The position numbers were made by a program, and so were the translations under genes. A stretch of DNA of 64,000 nt. Source: Malacoraja senta. Taxonomy: Eukaryota. The notes under the pieces were generated by a model. The model ran no database searches. It was not told where the DNA came from and was given only the letters and a program-made list of their open reading frames with translations. Of this stretch, positions 1-14,600 are shown piece after piece (the first letter of the stretch is position 1; each line of letters begins with the position of its first letter). Location: the NCBI GenBank assembly GCA_038087875.1, contig JAXLNO010000645.1, positions 124,001-188,000 of the forward strand, read 5' to 3'.

Positions 1-3000
1 ACTTTTGTCGCTTTTTGCCTCCTGAAGGTTTGTCGCTTTACGCGTGTTGAATTTTTGTCACTTTACATGTGCTGAATTTTCATTGATTTTAACGTCCTGA
101 AGGTTCCTCTCTTTTAGGCTGCTGAATTTTCGTCGCTTTTCCTGTGCTGAAATTTCGCCGCTTTTCAGGTTCTGAAATATCGTCGCTTTATGAATCCTGA
201 TGTTTTATCGCTTTATTCGTCCTGATGTTTTGTCGCTTTTCGCATGCTGAATTTTCGTCGCTTTTTGTGTGCTGAAATTTCGGCACTTGTCGTCTGCTGA
301 AAATTCGTCGCTTTTCATGTTCTGAAATTTCGTCGCTTAATGCGTCCTGTAATTTCGTCACTTTTTGCATGCTGATTTTTTCATCGCTTTTTGTGTGCTG
401 AAATTTCGGCGCTTTTCGTGTGCTGATATTTTGTAGCGTTTCACGTCCTTAAATTTCGTCACTTTTGTCGTGCTGAATTTTCGTCGCTTTTCACGTTCTG
501 AAGGATTGTCGCTTTTCGCATGCTGAAATTTCGTCGCTTTTCGCATGGTGAATTTTCGTCGCTTTTAGTATGCTGAAATTTCATCGCCTTTCATGTCCTG
601 AAATTTCGTCGCCTTTCACATCCTGAAATTTCGTCGCATTATTCGTCCTGATATTACATCGCTTTTCGCGTGCTGAATTTTTGTCGATTTTTGCATGCAG
701 AATTTTTGTCGCTGTTTGTGTGCTTAATTTTCATCGCTTTTCGCGTCTTGAAGGTTTGTCGCTTTTCGCATGCTGAATTTTCGTCGCTTTTCACGTGCTG
801 AAATTTCGTCGGCTTTCATCTCCTGAAATTTCGTCGCCTTTCACGTCCTGAAATTTCGTTGCTTTATTCGTCCTGATATTACGTCGCTTTTCACGTGCTG
901 AATTTTTGTTGTTTTTTGCATGCTTAATTTTCATCGTTTTTCGCGTCTTGAACGTTTGTTGCTTTTCGAATTCTGAATTTTCGTCGCTTTTCGTGTGTTG
1001 AAATATCGCCGCTTTTCACGTTATGAAATTTCGCCGCTTTTCACGTTCTGAAATTTAGTCGCTTTATGCATCCTGATGTTTCGTCAGTTTTCGAATGCTG
1101 AATTTTCGTCACTTTTTGGGTGCTGAAATTTCGGCACCTTTCGTGCGTTGAAATTTCATCGCATTACATGTTCTGAAATTTCCACACTTTTGGCGTGCTG
1201 AATTTTCGTCGCTTTTCAAATCCTGAAGGATCGTCGCTTTTCACGTCCTGAAGGATCGTCGCTTTTCACGTGCTGAATTTTCGTCGCCTAATTTGTCCGG
1301 ATATTATGTCGCTTTTCGCATGCTGAATTTTTGTCGCTTTTTGCATGCTGAATTTTCGTCGCATTTCGCATGCTTAATTTTCGTCGCTTTTTGCGTGCTA
1401 AATTTTCGTCGCTTGTAAGGTTATGAAATTTATTCACTTCGCGTGCGGAATTTCCATCGCTTTTCGCCTCCTGAAGGTTTGTCGCTTTACGCGTGCTGAA
1501 TTTTTGTCACTTTACAAGTGCTGAAATTCCGTCGCTTTTCCTGTGCTGAAATTTCGCCGCTTTTCAGGTTCTGAAATATCGTCGCTTTATGAGTCCTGAT
1601 GTTTTATCGCTTTATTCGTCCTGTAGTTTCGTTGCTTTTTGCATGCTGATTTTTTTCGTTGCTTTTTGTGTGCTGAAATTTCGGCGCTTTTCGTGTGCTG
1701 ATATTTTGGCGCTTTTCACATCCTTAAATTTCGTCACTTTTGTCGTGCTGAATTTTCCTCGCTTTTCACGTCCTGAAGGATTGTCGCTTTTCGCATGCTG
1801 AAATTTCGTCGCTTTTCGCATGGTGAATTTTCGTCGCTTTTAGTATGCTGAAATTTCGTCGTTTTTCACGTCCTGAAATTTCTTCACTTTTCGCGTGCTC
1901 AATGTTCGTCGCTTTTTGCGTGCTTAATTTTTGTCGCTTTTCATGTTCTGAAATTTCGTCACTTTTTGCGTGCTGAATTTTCATCGTTTTTCGTGTGCTG
2001 ATATTTCATCGCTTTTCACGTCCTGAAATCACGTCATTTTTGGTGGGCTGAATTTTTGTTGCTTCTCGCCTGCTGAATTTTCGTTACTTTTCACATGCTG
2101 AATGTTTGTCACTTTTCACATGCTGAATTATCGTCGCTTTTTGTGTCCTGAAGGATCGTCACTTTTAACGTGCTGAATTCTCATTGCTTTTCAAAGGCTG
2201 AATTTTCGTCGCTTTTCGTGTGCTGAAATTTCGTCGGCTTTCATGTCCTGAAATTTCGTCGCCTTTCACATCCTGAAATTTCGTCACATTAATCGTCCTG
2301 ATATTACATCGCTTTTCGCATGCTGAATTTTTGTCGATTTTTGCATGCAGAACTTTTGTCACTGTTTGTGTGCTTAATTTTCATCGCTTTTCGCGTCTTG
2401 AAGGTTTGTCGCTTTTCGCATGCTGAATCTTTGTCTCTTTTCGTGTGCTGAAATTTCGTCGTCTTTCATGTCGTGAAATTTCGTCGCCTTTCACATCCTG
2501 AAATTTCGTCGCATTATTCGTCCTGATATTACATCGCTTTTCGCGTGCTGAATTTTTGTCGATTTTTGCATGCAGAATTTTTGTCGCTGTTTGTGTGCTT
2601 AATTTTCATCGCTTTTCGCGTCTTGAATGTTTGTCGCTTTTCGCATGCTGAATTTTCGTCGCTTTTCACGTGCTGAAATTTCGTCGGCTTTCATCTCCTG
2701 AAATTTCGTCGCCATTCACGTCCTGAAATTTCGTCGCTTTATTCGTCCTGATATTACGTCGCTTTTCACATGCTGAATTTTTGTTGTTTTTTGCATGCTT
2801 AATTTTCATCGCTTTTCGCGTCTTGAACGTTTGTTGCTTTTCGAATGCTGAATTTTCGTCGCTTTTCGTGTGTTGAAATATCGCCGCTTTTCACGTTATG
2901 AAATTTCGCCGCTTTTCACATTCTGAAATTTAGTCGCTTTATGCATCCTGATGTTTCGTCAGTTTTCGAATGCTGAATTTTCGTCACTTTTTGTGTGGTG

Positions 3001-5689
3001 AAATTTCGGCACCTTTCGTGCGTTGAAATTTCATCGCTTTACATGTTCTGAAATTTCCACACTTTTGGCATGCTGAATTTTCATCACTTTTCACGTCCTG
3101 AAGGATCGTCGCTTTTCGCGTGCTGAAATTTTGTCGCTTTTCGCATGGTGAATTTTCGTCGCTTTTAGTATGCTGAAATTTCGTCGCTTTTCCCGTCCTG
3201 AAATGTAGTCACGTTTCGCGTGCTGAATTTTCGTAGCATGCTGATATTTCATCGCTTTTCACGTCCTGAAATTTCGTCACTTTTGGCGTGCTGAATTTTT
3301 CTCGCTTTTTGCGTGCTGAATTTTCGTCACTTTTGGCGTGCTGAATATTGGTCGCTTTACACGTGCTGAATTATCATCGCTTTACGTGTCCTGAAGGTTC
3401 GTCACTTTTAACGTGCTGAAATTTAATCGCTTTCACAGGCTGAATTTTCGTCGCTTTTTGCGTACTGAAATTCCGTCACCTTTCAAGTCCTGAAATTTCG
3501 TCGCCTTTCACGTCCTGAAATTTCGTCGCTTTATTCGTCCTGATATTACGTCGCTTTTCGCGTGCTGAATTTTTTTCGCTTTTTGCACGATGAATTTTCG
3601 TCGCTGTTTGCGTGCTTCACTTTCATCGCTTTCGTGTCTTGAAGGTTCGTTGCTTTTCGCATGCTGAATTTTCGTCGCTTTTCGCGTGCTAAATTTTCGT
3701 CGCTTTTTGCTTGCAAAATTTTCGTCGCTTTTCACGTTCTGAAATTGAGTCACTTTTCGCGTGCGGAATTTCCGTGAATTTTCGTTGGTTTTTGCATGCT
3801 GAATTCCGTTGCTTTTCATGTGCTGACATTTCGCAGCTTTTCACGTTCTGATATTTCGTCGCTTTATGCATCCTGATGTTTCGCGTGCTGATTTTTGTCA
3901 CTTTTCTCGTGCTGAATTTTCATTGCTTTTCACATGGTGAATTTTCGTTGCTTTTAGTATGCAGAATTATCGTCACTTTTCGCGTGCTGAATTTTCCTTG
4001 CTTTTCGCGTGCTTCATTTTGGTCACTTTTCATGTTCTGAAATTACGCCACTTTTTGTGTGCTGAATTTTCGTCGCTTTTCGTGTGCTGATGATGTTTCA
4101 TCGCTTTTCGCTTGCTGAATTTTCATCGCTTTTTGTGTGCTGAAATTTCGGTGCTTGTCGTCTGCTGAAAATTCGTAGCTTTTCATGTTCTGAAATTTCG
4201 TCGCCTTATGCGTCCTGTAATTTCGTCACTTTTCGCATGCTGAATTTTCATTGCTTTTTGTGTGCTGAAATTTCGGGGCTTTTCATGTGCTGATATTTCG
4301 TCGCTTTTCACTTCCTGAAATTTCGTCACTTTTGGCGTGCCGAATTTTCGTCGCTTTTCTCGTACTGAAGGATCGTCGCTTTTCGCATGCTGAAATTTTG
4401 TCGCTTTTCGCATAGTGAATTTTCGTCGCTTTTAGTATGCTGAAATTTCGTCGCTTTCACATGCTGAAATTTCGTCACTTTTCGCGTGCTGAATTTTCGT
4501 CGCCTCTTGCGTGCTTAAATTTCATGTTCTGAACGATCGTCGCTTTTCACAGGCTGAATTTTCGTCTCTTTTCGCGTGCTGAAATTCCGTCGCCTTTCAT
4601 GTCTGAAATTTCGTCGCCTGTCAAATACTGAAATTTCGTCGCTTTATATGTCCTGATGTTTTGTCGTGTTGTTTTAACGTCCTGAAGGTTCCTCTCTTTT
4701 CGCATGCTGAATTTTCGTCGCTATTCACATGCTTAATTTTCGTCGCTTTTTGCGTACTAAATTTTCATGGCTTTTAACGTTATGAAAGTTAGTCACTTTT
4801 CGCGTGCGGAATTTTCGTTGCTTTTAGCTGCCTGAAGAATTGTCGCTTTACGCATGCTAAATATTTGTCACTTTAACCGTGCTGAATTTTCGGTGGTTTT
4901 AACGTCCTGAAGGTTCCTCTCTTTTTTCACGTGCTGAATTTTTGTCGCTTTTCGCATGCTGAATTTCTGTAGCTTTTCATGTGCTGAAATTTCGCCGCTT
5001 TACACGTTCTGAAATTTTGTCGCTTTATGCGTCCTGTAATTTCGTCAATTTTCGCATGCTGAATTTTCGTCGCTTTTTGTGTACTGAAATTTCGGCGCTT
5101 TTCGTGTGCTGATATTTCATCGCTTTTCACATCTTGAAATTTCGTCGCTTTATTCGTCCTCATATTATGTCGCTTTACACGTGAGGAATTTTTTGTCACT
5201 TTATGCGTGCTGAATTTTCGTTGGTTTTAATGTCCTGAAGGATGGTCGCTTTTCCTATGCTGAAAGTTCGTCGCTTTTCGCATGGTGAGTTTTCTTTGCT
5301 TTTAGTATGCTGAAATTTCATCGCTTTTCAAGTCCTGAAATTACGTCACTTTTCGCGTGATGAATTTTCGTTACTTTTCGCGTGCTTAATTTACGTCGCT
5401 TTTCATGTTCTGAAATTTCGTTGCTTTTTGCATGCTGAATTTCCGTCACTTTTCGTGTGCTGATATTTCATCACTTTTCACGTCCTGAAATTTCGTCACT
5501 TTAGGCGTGCTGAATTTTTGTCACTTTTCATACGCCGAATTTTCGTTCATTTTCACGTGCTGAATTATCGTCGCTTTTCGTGTCCTGAGGGTTCGTCACT
5601 TTTAACGTGCTAAATTGTCGTCGCTTTTTGCATGCTGAATTTTCGTATTTTTTCGCGTGCTGAAATTTCGTCGCCTTTCATGTCCTGAA

Positions 5690-8600
5690 ATTTCGTTGCC
5701 TTTCACGTCCTGAAATTTTGTCACCTTTCACGTCCTGAAATTTCGTCGCTTTTCACCTCCTGAAATTTCGTCGCTTTATTCGTCCTGATATTACGTCGCT
5801 TTTCGCATGCTGAAATTTCAGCTCTTTTCGTGTGCTGAATTGTCGTCGCTTTTCGTATGCTGAATTTTCGTCGCTTTTCGTGTGTTGAAATTTTGCAGCT
5901 TTACACGTTCTGAAATTTCGCCGCTTTTCACGTTCTGAAATTTCGTCGCTTTATGCGTCCTGATGTTTCGTCATTTTATGCGTCCTGATGTTTCGACACT
6001 TTCCGCATGCTGAATTTTCGTCGCTTTTCGTGTGCTGAAATTTTGGCACTTTTCGTGTGATGAAATTTCGTCGCTTTTCGTGTGATGAAATTTCGTCGGC
6101 TTTCATGTCCTGAAATTTCGTCGCCTTTCTCATCCTGAAATTTCGCCGCTTTATTCGTCCTGAAATTACGTCGCGTTTCGCGTGCTGAATTTTTAATGCT
6201 TTTTGCATGCTGAATTTTCATCGCTTTTTGCGTGCAAAATTTTCGTCAATTTTCACGTTCTGAACTTTAGTCACTTTTTGCATGCGGAATTTCCGTCCCT
6301 TTTCGCTCGCTGGTTTGTCGCTTTTCGCGTGCTGAATTTTCGTCATTTTTCGAATGCTGAATTTTCGTCGCTTTTCATGTGTTGATATTTCTCCGCTTTT
6401 CACTTTCTGAAATTTCGTCGCATTATGCATCGCTTTATTAGTCCTGATGTTTCGTCGCTTTTCACATGCTGAATTTTCGTCGCTTGTCGTCTGCTGAAAA
6501 TTCGTCACTTTTACACGTGCTGAATTTTTGTCACTTTACGCATGCCGAAATTTCGTTGGTTTAAACGTCCTGAAGGTTCCTCTCTTTGCGTGCTGAATTT
6601 TCATCGCTTTTCATATGCTGCTATTTCATCGCTTTGCTTGTCCTGAAGGATCGTCACTTTTCGCGTGCTGAATTATCGTCGCTTTTCACATGGTGAAATT
6701 TCGTCGCTTATATTATGCTAAAATGTCATCGCTTTTCACGTTCTGAAATTACGTCGCTTTATGCGTCCTGATGTTTCGTCGCTTTCTGCATGCTGAATTT
6801 CCGTCGCTTTTCATGTGCTGAAATTTTGCCGCTTTTCACGTTCTGAAATTTCGTCGCATTATGCATCGCTTTATTAGTCCTGATGTTTCGTCGCTTTTCG
6901 CATGCTGAATTTTCGTCGCTTGTCGTCTGCTGAAAATTCATCGCTTTTACACGTGCTGAATTTTTGTCACTTTACGCATGCCGAAATTTCGTTGGTTTTA
7001 ATGTCCTGAAGATTCCTCTCTTTGCGTGCTGAATTTTCATCGCTTTTCATGTGCTGATATTTCGTCGCTTTTCTTGTCCTGAAGGATCGTCACTTTTCGC
7101 GTGCTGAATTGTCATCGCTTTTCACATGGTGAATTTTCGTCGCTTATATTATGCTAAAATGTCATCGCTTTTCACGTCCTGAAATTTCGCCACTTTTCTC
7201 GTGCTGAAGTTTCGTCGCTTTTTGCATGGTGTATTTTCGTCGCTTTTAATATGCTGAAATTTCGTCGCTTTTCACGTCCTGAAATTTCGTCGCTTTTCGC
7301 GTGCAGAATTATTGTCATTTTCGCGTGCAGAATTTTTGTCGCTTTTCACGTCGTGCTGGTTCATCAATTTTCCTGTGCCGAAATTTTGTCGCATTCCGTC
7401 TCTTAAATGTTGTCGCTTCATGCATCCTGAACTTTTGTCGCATTTCGCATCTTGAATTTACGTCGCTTTTGACATTTTAAATTTTCGTCGCCTTTCGCGT
7501 CCTGAAGGTTCATCACTTTTTGCGTGCTGAATTTTCGTCGCTTTTCGCGTGTTGAAATTTCGTCGCTTTTCATGTTCTGAAATTTCGTCGGTTTATGCGT
7601 CTGTAATTTCGTTGCTTTTCGCATGCTGAATTTACATCGCTTTTCACAGGCTGAATTTTCGTCGCTTCTCACAGGCTGAATTTTTGTCGCTTTTCATGTG
7701 CTGAAATTTAGTCACCTTTCATGTCCTGAAATTTCGTCGCCTTTCACATCCTGAAATTTTGTCGGTTTATCCGTCCTGATATTACGTCGCTTTTCACTTG
7801 CTGAATTTTGGTTGCTTTTTGCATGCTGAATTTCCGTCGCTTTTCGCGTGCTGAAATTTCGTCGCCTTATTCGTCCTGATATTACGTCGCTTTTCGCGTG
7901 CTGAATTTTCGTTGCTGTTTGTGTGCTTCATTTTCATCGCTTTTCGCATCTTGAAGGTTCGTCGCTTTTCGCATGCTGAATTTTCATCGCTCTTCGCATG
8001 CTGAAATTTCGTCGCCTTATTCATCCTGATATTACGTCATATGCGTCCTGAATTTTTGTCGCTTTTCACGTCCTGAAATTTCGTCGCTTTTCGCATGCAG
8101 AATTATTGTCATTTTCGCGTGCAGAAATTTAGTCGCTTTTCATGTCGTGCTGGTTCATCAATTTTCGTGTGCCAAAATTTTGTCGCATTTCGTCTCCTGA
8201 AATGTTGTCGCTTCATGCATCCTGAACTTTTGTCGCATTTCGCATCTTGAATTTACGTCGCTTTTGACATTTTAAATTTTCGTCGCCTTTCGCATCCTGA
8301 AGGTTCGTCACTTTTCGCGTGCTGAATTTTCGTCGCTTTTCGCGTGTTGAAGTTTCGTCGCTTTTCTTGTTCTGAAATTTCATCGCTTTATGCGTCTGTA
8401 ATTTCGTTGCTTTTCGCATGCTGAATTTACATCGCTTTTCACAGGCTGAATTTTCGTCGCTTCTCACAGGCTGAATTTTTGTCGCTTTTCGCGTGCTGAA
8501 ATTTAGTCACCTTTCATGTCCTGAAATTTCGTCGCCTTTCACATCCTGAAATTTCGGCGGTTTATTCGTCCTGATATTACGTCGCTTTTCACTTGCTGAA

Positions 8601-11600
8601 TTTTGGTCGCTTTTTGCATGCTGAATTTCCGTCGCTTTTCGCGTGCTGAAATTTCGGCGCCTAATTCGTCCTGATATTACGTCGCTTTTCGCGTGCTGAA
8701 TTTTCGTTGCTGTTTGTGCTTCATTTTCATCGCTTTTCACGTCTTGAAGGTTCGTCGCTTTTCGCATGCTGAATTTTCATCGCTCTTCGCATGCTGAAAT
8801 TTCGTCGCCTTATTCGTCCTGATATTACGTCTTATTCGTCCTGAATTTTTGTCGCATTTCGCATGCTGAAATTTCGTCGGCTTTCATGTCCTGAAATTTC
8901 GTCGCCTTTCACGTCCTGAAATGTCGTCGCTTTATTCGTCCTGATATTACGTCGCTTTTTGCATGCTGAATTTTATTTGGGTTTGCATGCTGAATTTTCA
9001 TCGCTTTTCGCATGCTAAATTTTCGTCACCTATCACCTGCTGAATTTTTGTCGCTTTTCGCGTGCTAAATTTTCGTCGCTTTTCACGTTATGAAATGTAG
9101 TCACTTTTCGCGTGAGGAATTTCCATCGCCTTTCGCGTCCTGAAGGTTTGTCGCTTTACCTGTGCTGAAATTTTGTTTGTCGCTTTACCCGTGCTGAATT
9201 TTTTTGCCTTTTGCATGCTGAATTTTCATTGCTTTTCGCATGCTAAATTTTCGTCACCTTTCACGTTCTGAAATGTAGTCACTTTTCGCGTGCTGAATTT
9301 TCGTCACTTTACGCGTGCAGAATTTTCGTTGGTTTGATCGTCCAAGGTACCTCCATTTTCGCGTGCTGAATTTTCGTTGCTTTTCGCATGCTGAATTTTC
9401 GTCGCTTTTTGTGTGCTGAAATTTCGTCGGTTTTTGTCTGCTGAAAATTCGTCGCTTTTCATGTTCTAAAAATTTCGTCGCTTTATGCGTCCTGTAATTT
9501 CATCACTTTTCGTATGCTAAATTTCGTCGCTTTTTGTGTGCTGAAATTTCGGCGCTTTTCGTGTGCTGATAATTTGTCACTTTTCACGTCCTGAAATTCG
9601 TTGCTTTATTCGTCCTGATATTACATCACTTTTCGCGAGCTGAATTTTTGTCTCTTTTTGAATGCTGAATTTTCATCGCTTTTTGCGTGCTTCAATTTCA
9701 TCGCTTTTCGCGTATTGATGTTTCTTAGCTTTTCGCATACTGAATTTTCGTCGCTTTTCGAATGCTGTATTTTTGTCGCTTTTCGCGTGCTAAATTTTCG
9801 TCGCTTTTCACGTTCTGAAATGTAGTCACTTTTCACGTAAAGAATTTCCATCGCCTTTCGCATCCTGAAGGTTCATCACTTTTTGCGTGCTGAATTTTCG
9901 TCGCTTTTCGCGTGTTGAAATTTCGTCGCTTTTCTTGTTCTGAAATTTCATCGCTTTATGCGTCTGTAATTTCGTTGCTTTTCGCATGCTGAATTTACAT
10001 CGCTTTTCACAGGCTGAATTTTTGTCGCTTCTCACAGGCTGAATTTTTGTCGCTTTTCGCGTGCTGAAATTTAGTCACCTTTCATGTCCTGAAATTTCGT
10101 CGCCTTTCACATCCTGAAATTTCGGCGGTTTATTCGTCCTGATATTACGTCGCTTTTCACTTGCTGAATTTTGGTCGCTTTTTGCATGCTGAATTTCCGT
10201 CGCTTTTCGCGTGCTGAAATTTCGTCGCCTAATTGTCCTGATATTACGTCGCTTTTCGCGTGCTGAATTTTCGTTGCTGTTTGTGCTTCCTTTTTAATCG
10301 CTTTTCACGTCTTGAAGGTTCGTTGCTTTTCGCATGCTGAATTTTCATCGCTCTTCGCATGCTGAAATTTCGTCGCCTTATTCGTCCTGATATTACGTCT
10401 TATTCGTCCTGAATTTTTGTCGCATTTCGCATGCTGAAATTTCGTCGGCTTTCATGTCCTGAAATTTCGTCGCCTTTCACGTCCTGAAATGTCGTCGCTT
10501 TATTCGTCCTGATATTACGTCGCTTTTTGCATGCTGAATTTTATTTGGGTTTGCATGCTGAATTTTCATCGCTTTTCGCATGCTAAATTTTCGTCACCTA
10601 TCACCTGCTGAATTTTTGTCGCTTTTCGCGTGCTAAATTTTCGTCGCTTTTCACCTTATGAAATGTAGTCACTTTTCGCGTGAGGAATTTCCATCGCCTT
10701 TCGCGTCCTGAAGGTTTGTCGCTTTACCTGTGCTGAAATTTTGTTTGTCGCTTTACCCATGCTGAATTTTTTTGCCTTTTGCATGCTGAATTTTCATTGC
10801 TTTTCGCATGCTAAATTTTCGTCACCTTTCACGTTCTGAAATGTAGTCACTTTTCGAGTGCTGAATTTTCGTCACTTTACGCGTGCAGAATTTTCGTTGG
10901 TTTGAACGTCCAAGGTACCTCCATTTTCGCGTGCTGAATTTTCGTTGCTTTTCGCATGCTGAATTTTCGTCGCTTTTTGTGTGCTGAAATTTCGTCGGTT
11001 TTTGTCTGCTGAAAATTCGTCGCTTTTCATGTTCTAAAAATTTCGTCGCTTTATGCGTCCTGTAATTTCATCACTTTTCGTATGCTAAATTTCGTCGCTT
11101 TTTGTGTGCTGAAATTTCGGCGCTTTTCGTGTGCTGATAATTTGTCACTTTTCACGTCCTGAAATTCGTTGCTTTATTCGTCCTGATATTACATCACTTT
11201 TCGCGAGCTGAATTTTTGTCTCTTTTTGAATGCTGAATTTTCATCGCTTTTTGCGTGCTTCAATTTCATCGCTTTTCGCGTATTGATGTTTCTTAGCTTT
11301 TCGCATACTGAATTTTCGTCGCTTTTCGAATGCTGTATTTTTGTCGCTTTTCGCGTGCTAAATTTTCGTCGCTTTTCACGTTCTGAAATGTAGTCACTTT
11401 TCACGTAAAGAATTTCCATCGCCTTTCGCATCCTGAAGGTTTGTCGCTTTACCTGTTCTGAATTTTTGTCACTACGCCTGCTGAATTTTCGTTGGTTTTA
11501 ACGTCCTGGTCCCTCTCTTTTCGCGTGCTGAATTTTCGTAGCTTTTCGCATGCTGAATTTTCATCGCTTTTCGCATGCCGAATTTTCGTCACTTTTCATG

Positions 11601-14600
11601 TGCTGAAATTTCTCCGCTTTTCATATTTAGTAATGTCGTCGCTTTATGAGTCCTGATGTTTCATCGCTTTATGCGTCCTGATGTTTTGTTGATTTTGGCA
11701 TGCTGAATTTTCGTCACTTTTTGTGTGCTGAAATTTCGTCGCTTTTCGTCTGGTGAAATTTCGTCGCTTTTCACGTCCTGAAATTGCGTCATTTTGGCGT
11801 GCTGAATTTTCATCGCTTTTCACGTCCTGAAGGATCGTCGCTTTTCGCGTGCTGTAATTTCGTCGCTTTTCGCATGGTGAATTTTCGTCGCTTTTAGTAT
11901 GCTGAAATTTCGTCGCTTTTCCCGTCCTGAAATGTAGTCACGTTTCGCGTGCTGAATTTTCGTCGCGTGCTGATATTTCATCGCTTTTCACGTCCTGAAA
12001 TTTCGTCACTTTTGGCGTGCTGAATTTTTGTCGCTTTTCGCGTGCTGAATTTTCGTCACTTTTGGCGTGCTGAATATTGGTCGCTTTACATGTGCTGAAT
12101 TTTCGTCACTTTTCACGTGCTGAATTATCATCGCTTTTCGTAACCTGAAGGTTCGTCACTTTTAACGTGCTGAAATTTCATCGTTTTTCACACGCTGAAT
12201 TTTCGTCGCTTTTTGCGTACTGAAATTTCGTCGCCTTTCATGTCCTGAAATTTCGTCGCCTTTGATGTCCTGAAATTTTGTCACCTTTCACGTCCTGAAA
12301 TTTCGTCGCTTTTCACGTCCTGAAATTTCGTCGCTTTATTCGTCCTGATATTACGTCGCTTTTCGCATGCTGAAATTTCATCTCTTTTCGTGTGCTGAAT
12401 TGTTGTCGCTTTTCGTATGCTGAATTTTCGTCGCTTTTCGTGTGTTGAAATTTTGCAGCTTTTCACGTTCTGAAATTTCGCCGCTTTTCACGTTCTGAAA
12501 TTTCATCGCATTATGCGTCCTGATGTTTCGTCATTTTATGCGTCCTGATGTTTCGACGCTTTCCGCATGCTGGATTTTCGTCGCTTTTCGTGTGCTGAAA
12601 TTTTGGCACTTTTCGTGTGATGATATTTCGTCGCTTTTCGCGTGATGAAATTTCGTCGGCTTTCATGTCCTGCAATTTCGTCGCCTTTCTCATCCTGAAA
12701 TTTCGCCGCTTTATTCGTCCTGAAATTACGTCGCTTTTCGCGTGCTGAATTTTTAATGCTTTTTGCATGCTGAATTTTCATCGTTTTTTGCGTGCAAAAT
12801 TTTCGTCAATTTTCACGTTCTGAACTTTAGTCACTTTTCGCGTGCGGAATTTCCGTCCCTTTTCGCTCGCTGAAGGTTTGTCGCTTTTCGCGTGCTGAAT
12901 TTTCGTCACTTTTCGAATGCTGAATTTTCGTCGCTTTTCGTGTGTTGATATTTCGCCGCTTTTCACTATCTGAAATTTCGTCGCATAATGCATCGCTTTA
13001 TTAGTCCTGATATTTCGTCGCTTTTCGCATGCTGAATTTTCGTCGCTTTTCGTCTGCTGAAAATTCGTCCCTTTTACACGTGCTGAATTTTTGTCACTTT
13101 ACGCATGCCGAAATTTCGTTGGTTTTAACGTCCTGAAGGTTCCTCTCTTTGCATGCTGAATTTTCATCGCTTTTCATGTGCTGATATTTCATCGCTTTTC
13201 TTGTCCTGAAGGATCGTCACTTCGCATGCTGAATTTTCGTCGCTTTTCACATGGTGAAATTTCGTCGCTTATATTATGCTAAAATGTCATCGCTTTTCAC
13301 GTTCTGAAATTACGTCGCTTTATGCGTCCTGATGTTTCGTCGCTTTCCGCATGCTGAATTTCCGTCGCTTTTCATGTGCTGAAATTTCGCCGCTTTTCAT
13401 GTTCTGAAATGTCGTCGCATTATGCATCGCTTTATTAGTCCTGATGTTTCGTCGCTTTTCGCATGCTGAATTTTCGTCGCTTGTCGTCTGCTGAAAATTC
13501 GTCGCTTTTACACGTGCTGAATTTTTTGTCACTTTACGCATGCCGAAATTTCGTTGGTTTTAACGTCCTGAAGGTTCCTCTCTTTGCGTGCTGAATTTTC
13601 ATCGCTTTTCATGTGCTGATATTTCGTCGCTTTTCTTGTCCTGAAGGATCGTCACTTTTCGCGTGCTGAATTGTCATCGCTTTTCACATGGTGAATTTTC
13701 GTCGCTTATATTATGCTAAAATGTCATCGCTTTTCACGTCCTGAAATTTCGCCACTTTTCTCGTGCTGAATTTTCGTCCCTTTTTGCATGGTGAATTTTC
13801 GTCACTTAATATGCTGAAATTTCGTCGCTTTTCGTGTGCAGAATTATTGTCATTTTCGCGTGCAGAATTTTCGTCGCTTTTCACGTCGTGCTGGTTCATC
13901 AATTTTCGTGTGCCGAAATTTTGTCGCATTTCGTCTCCTGAAATGTTGTCGCTTCATGCATCCTGAACTTTTGTCGCATTTCGCATCTTGAATTTACGTC
14001 GCTTTTGACATTTTAAATTTTCGTCACCTTTCGCGTCCTGAAGGTTCGTCACTTTTTGCGTGCTGAATTTTCGTCGCTTTTCGCGTGTTGAAATTTCGTC
14101 GCTTTTCATGTTCTGAAATTTCATCGCTTTATGCGTCTGTAATTTCGTTGCTTTTCGCATGCTGAATTTACATCGCTTTTCACAGGCTGAATTTTCGTCG
14201 CTTCTCACAGGCCGAATTTTTGTCGCTTTTCGCGTGCTGAAATTTAGTCACCTTTCATGTCCTGAAATTTCGTCACCTTTCACATCCTGAAATTTCGTCG
14301 GTTTATTCGTCCTGATATTACGTCGCTTTTCACTTGCTGAATTTTGGTCGCTTTTTGCATGCTGAATTTCCGTCGCTTTTCGCGTGCTGAAATTTCGTCG
14401 CCTTATTCATCCTGATATTACGTCGCTTTTCGCGTGCTGAATTTTCGTTGCTGTTTGTGTGCTTCATTTTCATCGCTTTTCGCATCTTGAAGGTTCGTCG
14501 CTTTTCGCATGCTGAATTTTCATCGCTCTTCGCATGCTGAAATTTCGTCGCCTTATTCGTCCTGATATTACGTCTTATTCATCCAGAATTTTTGTCGCTT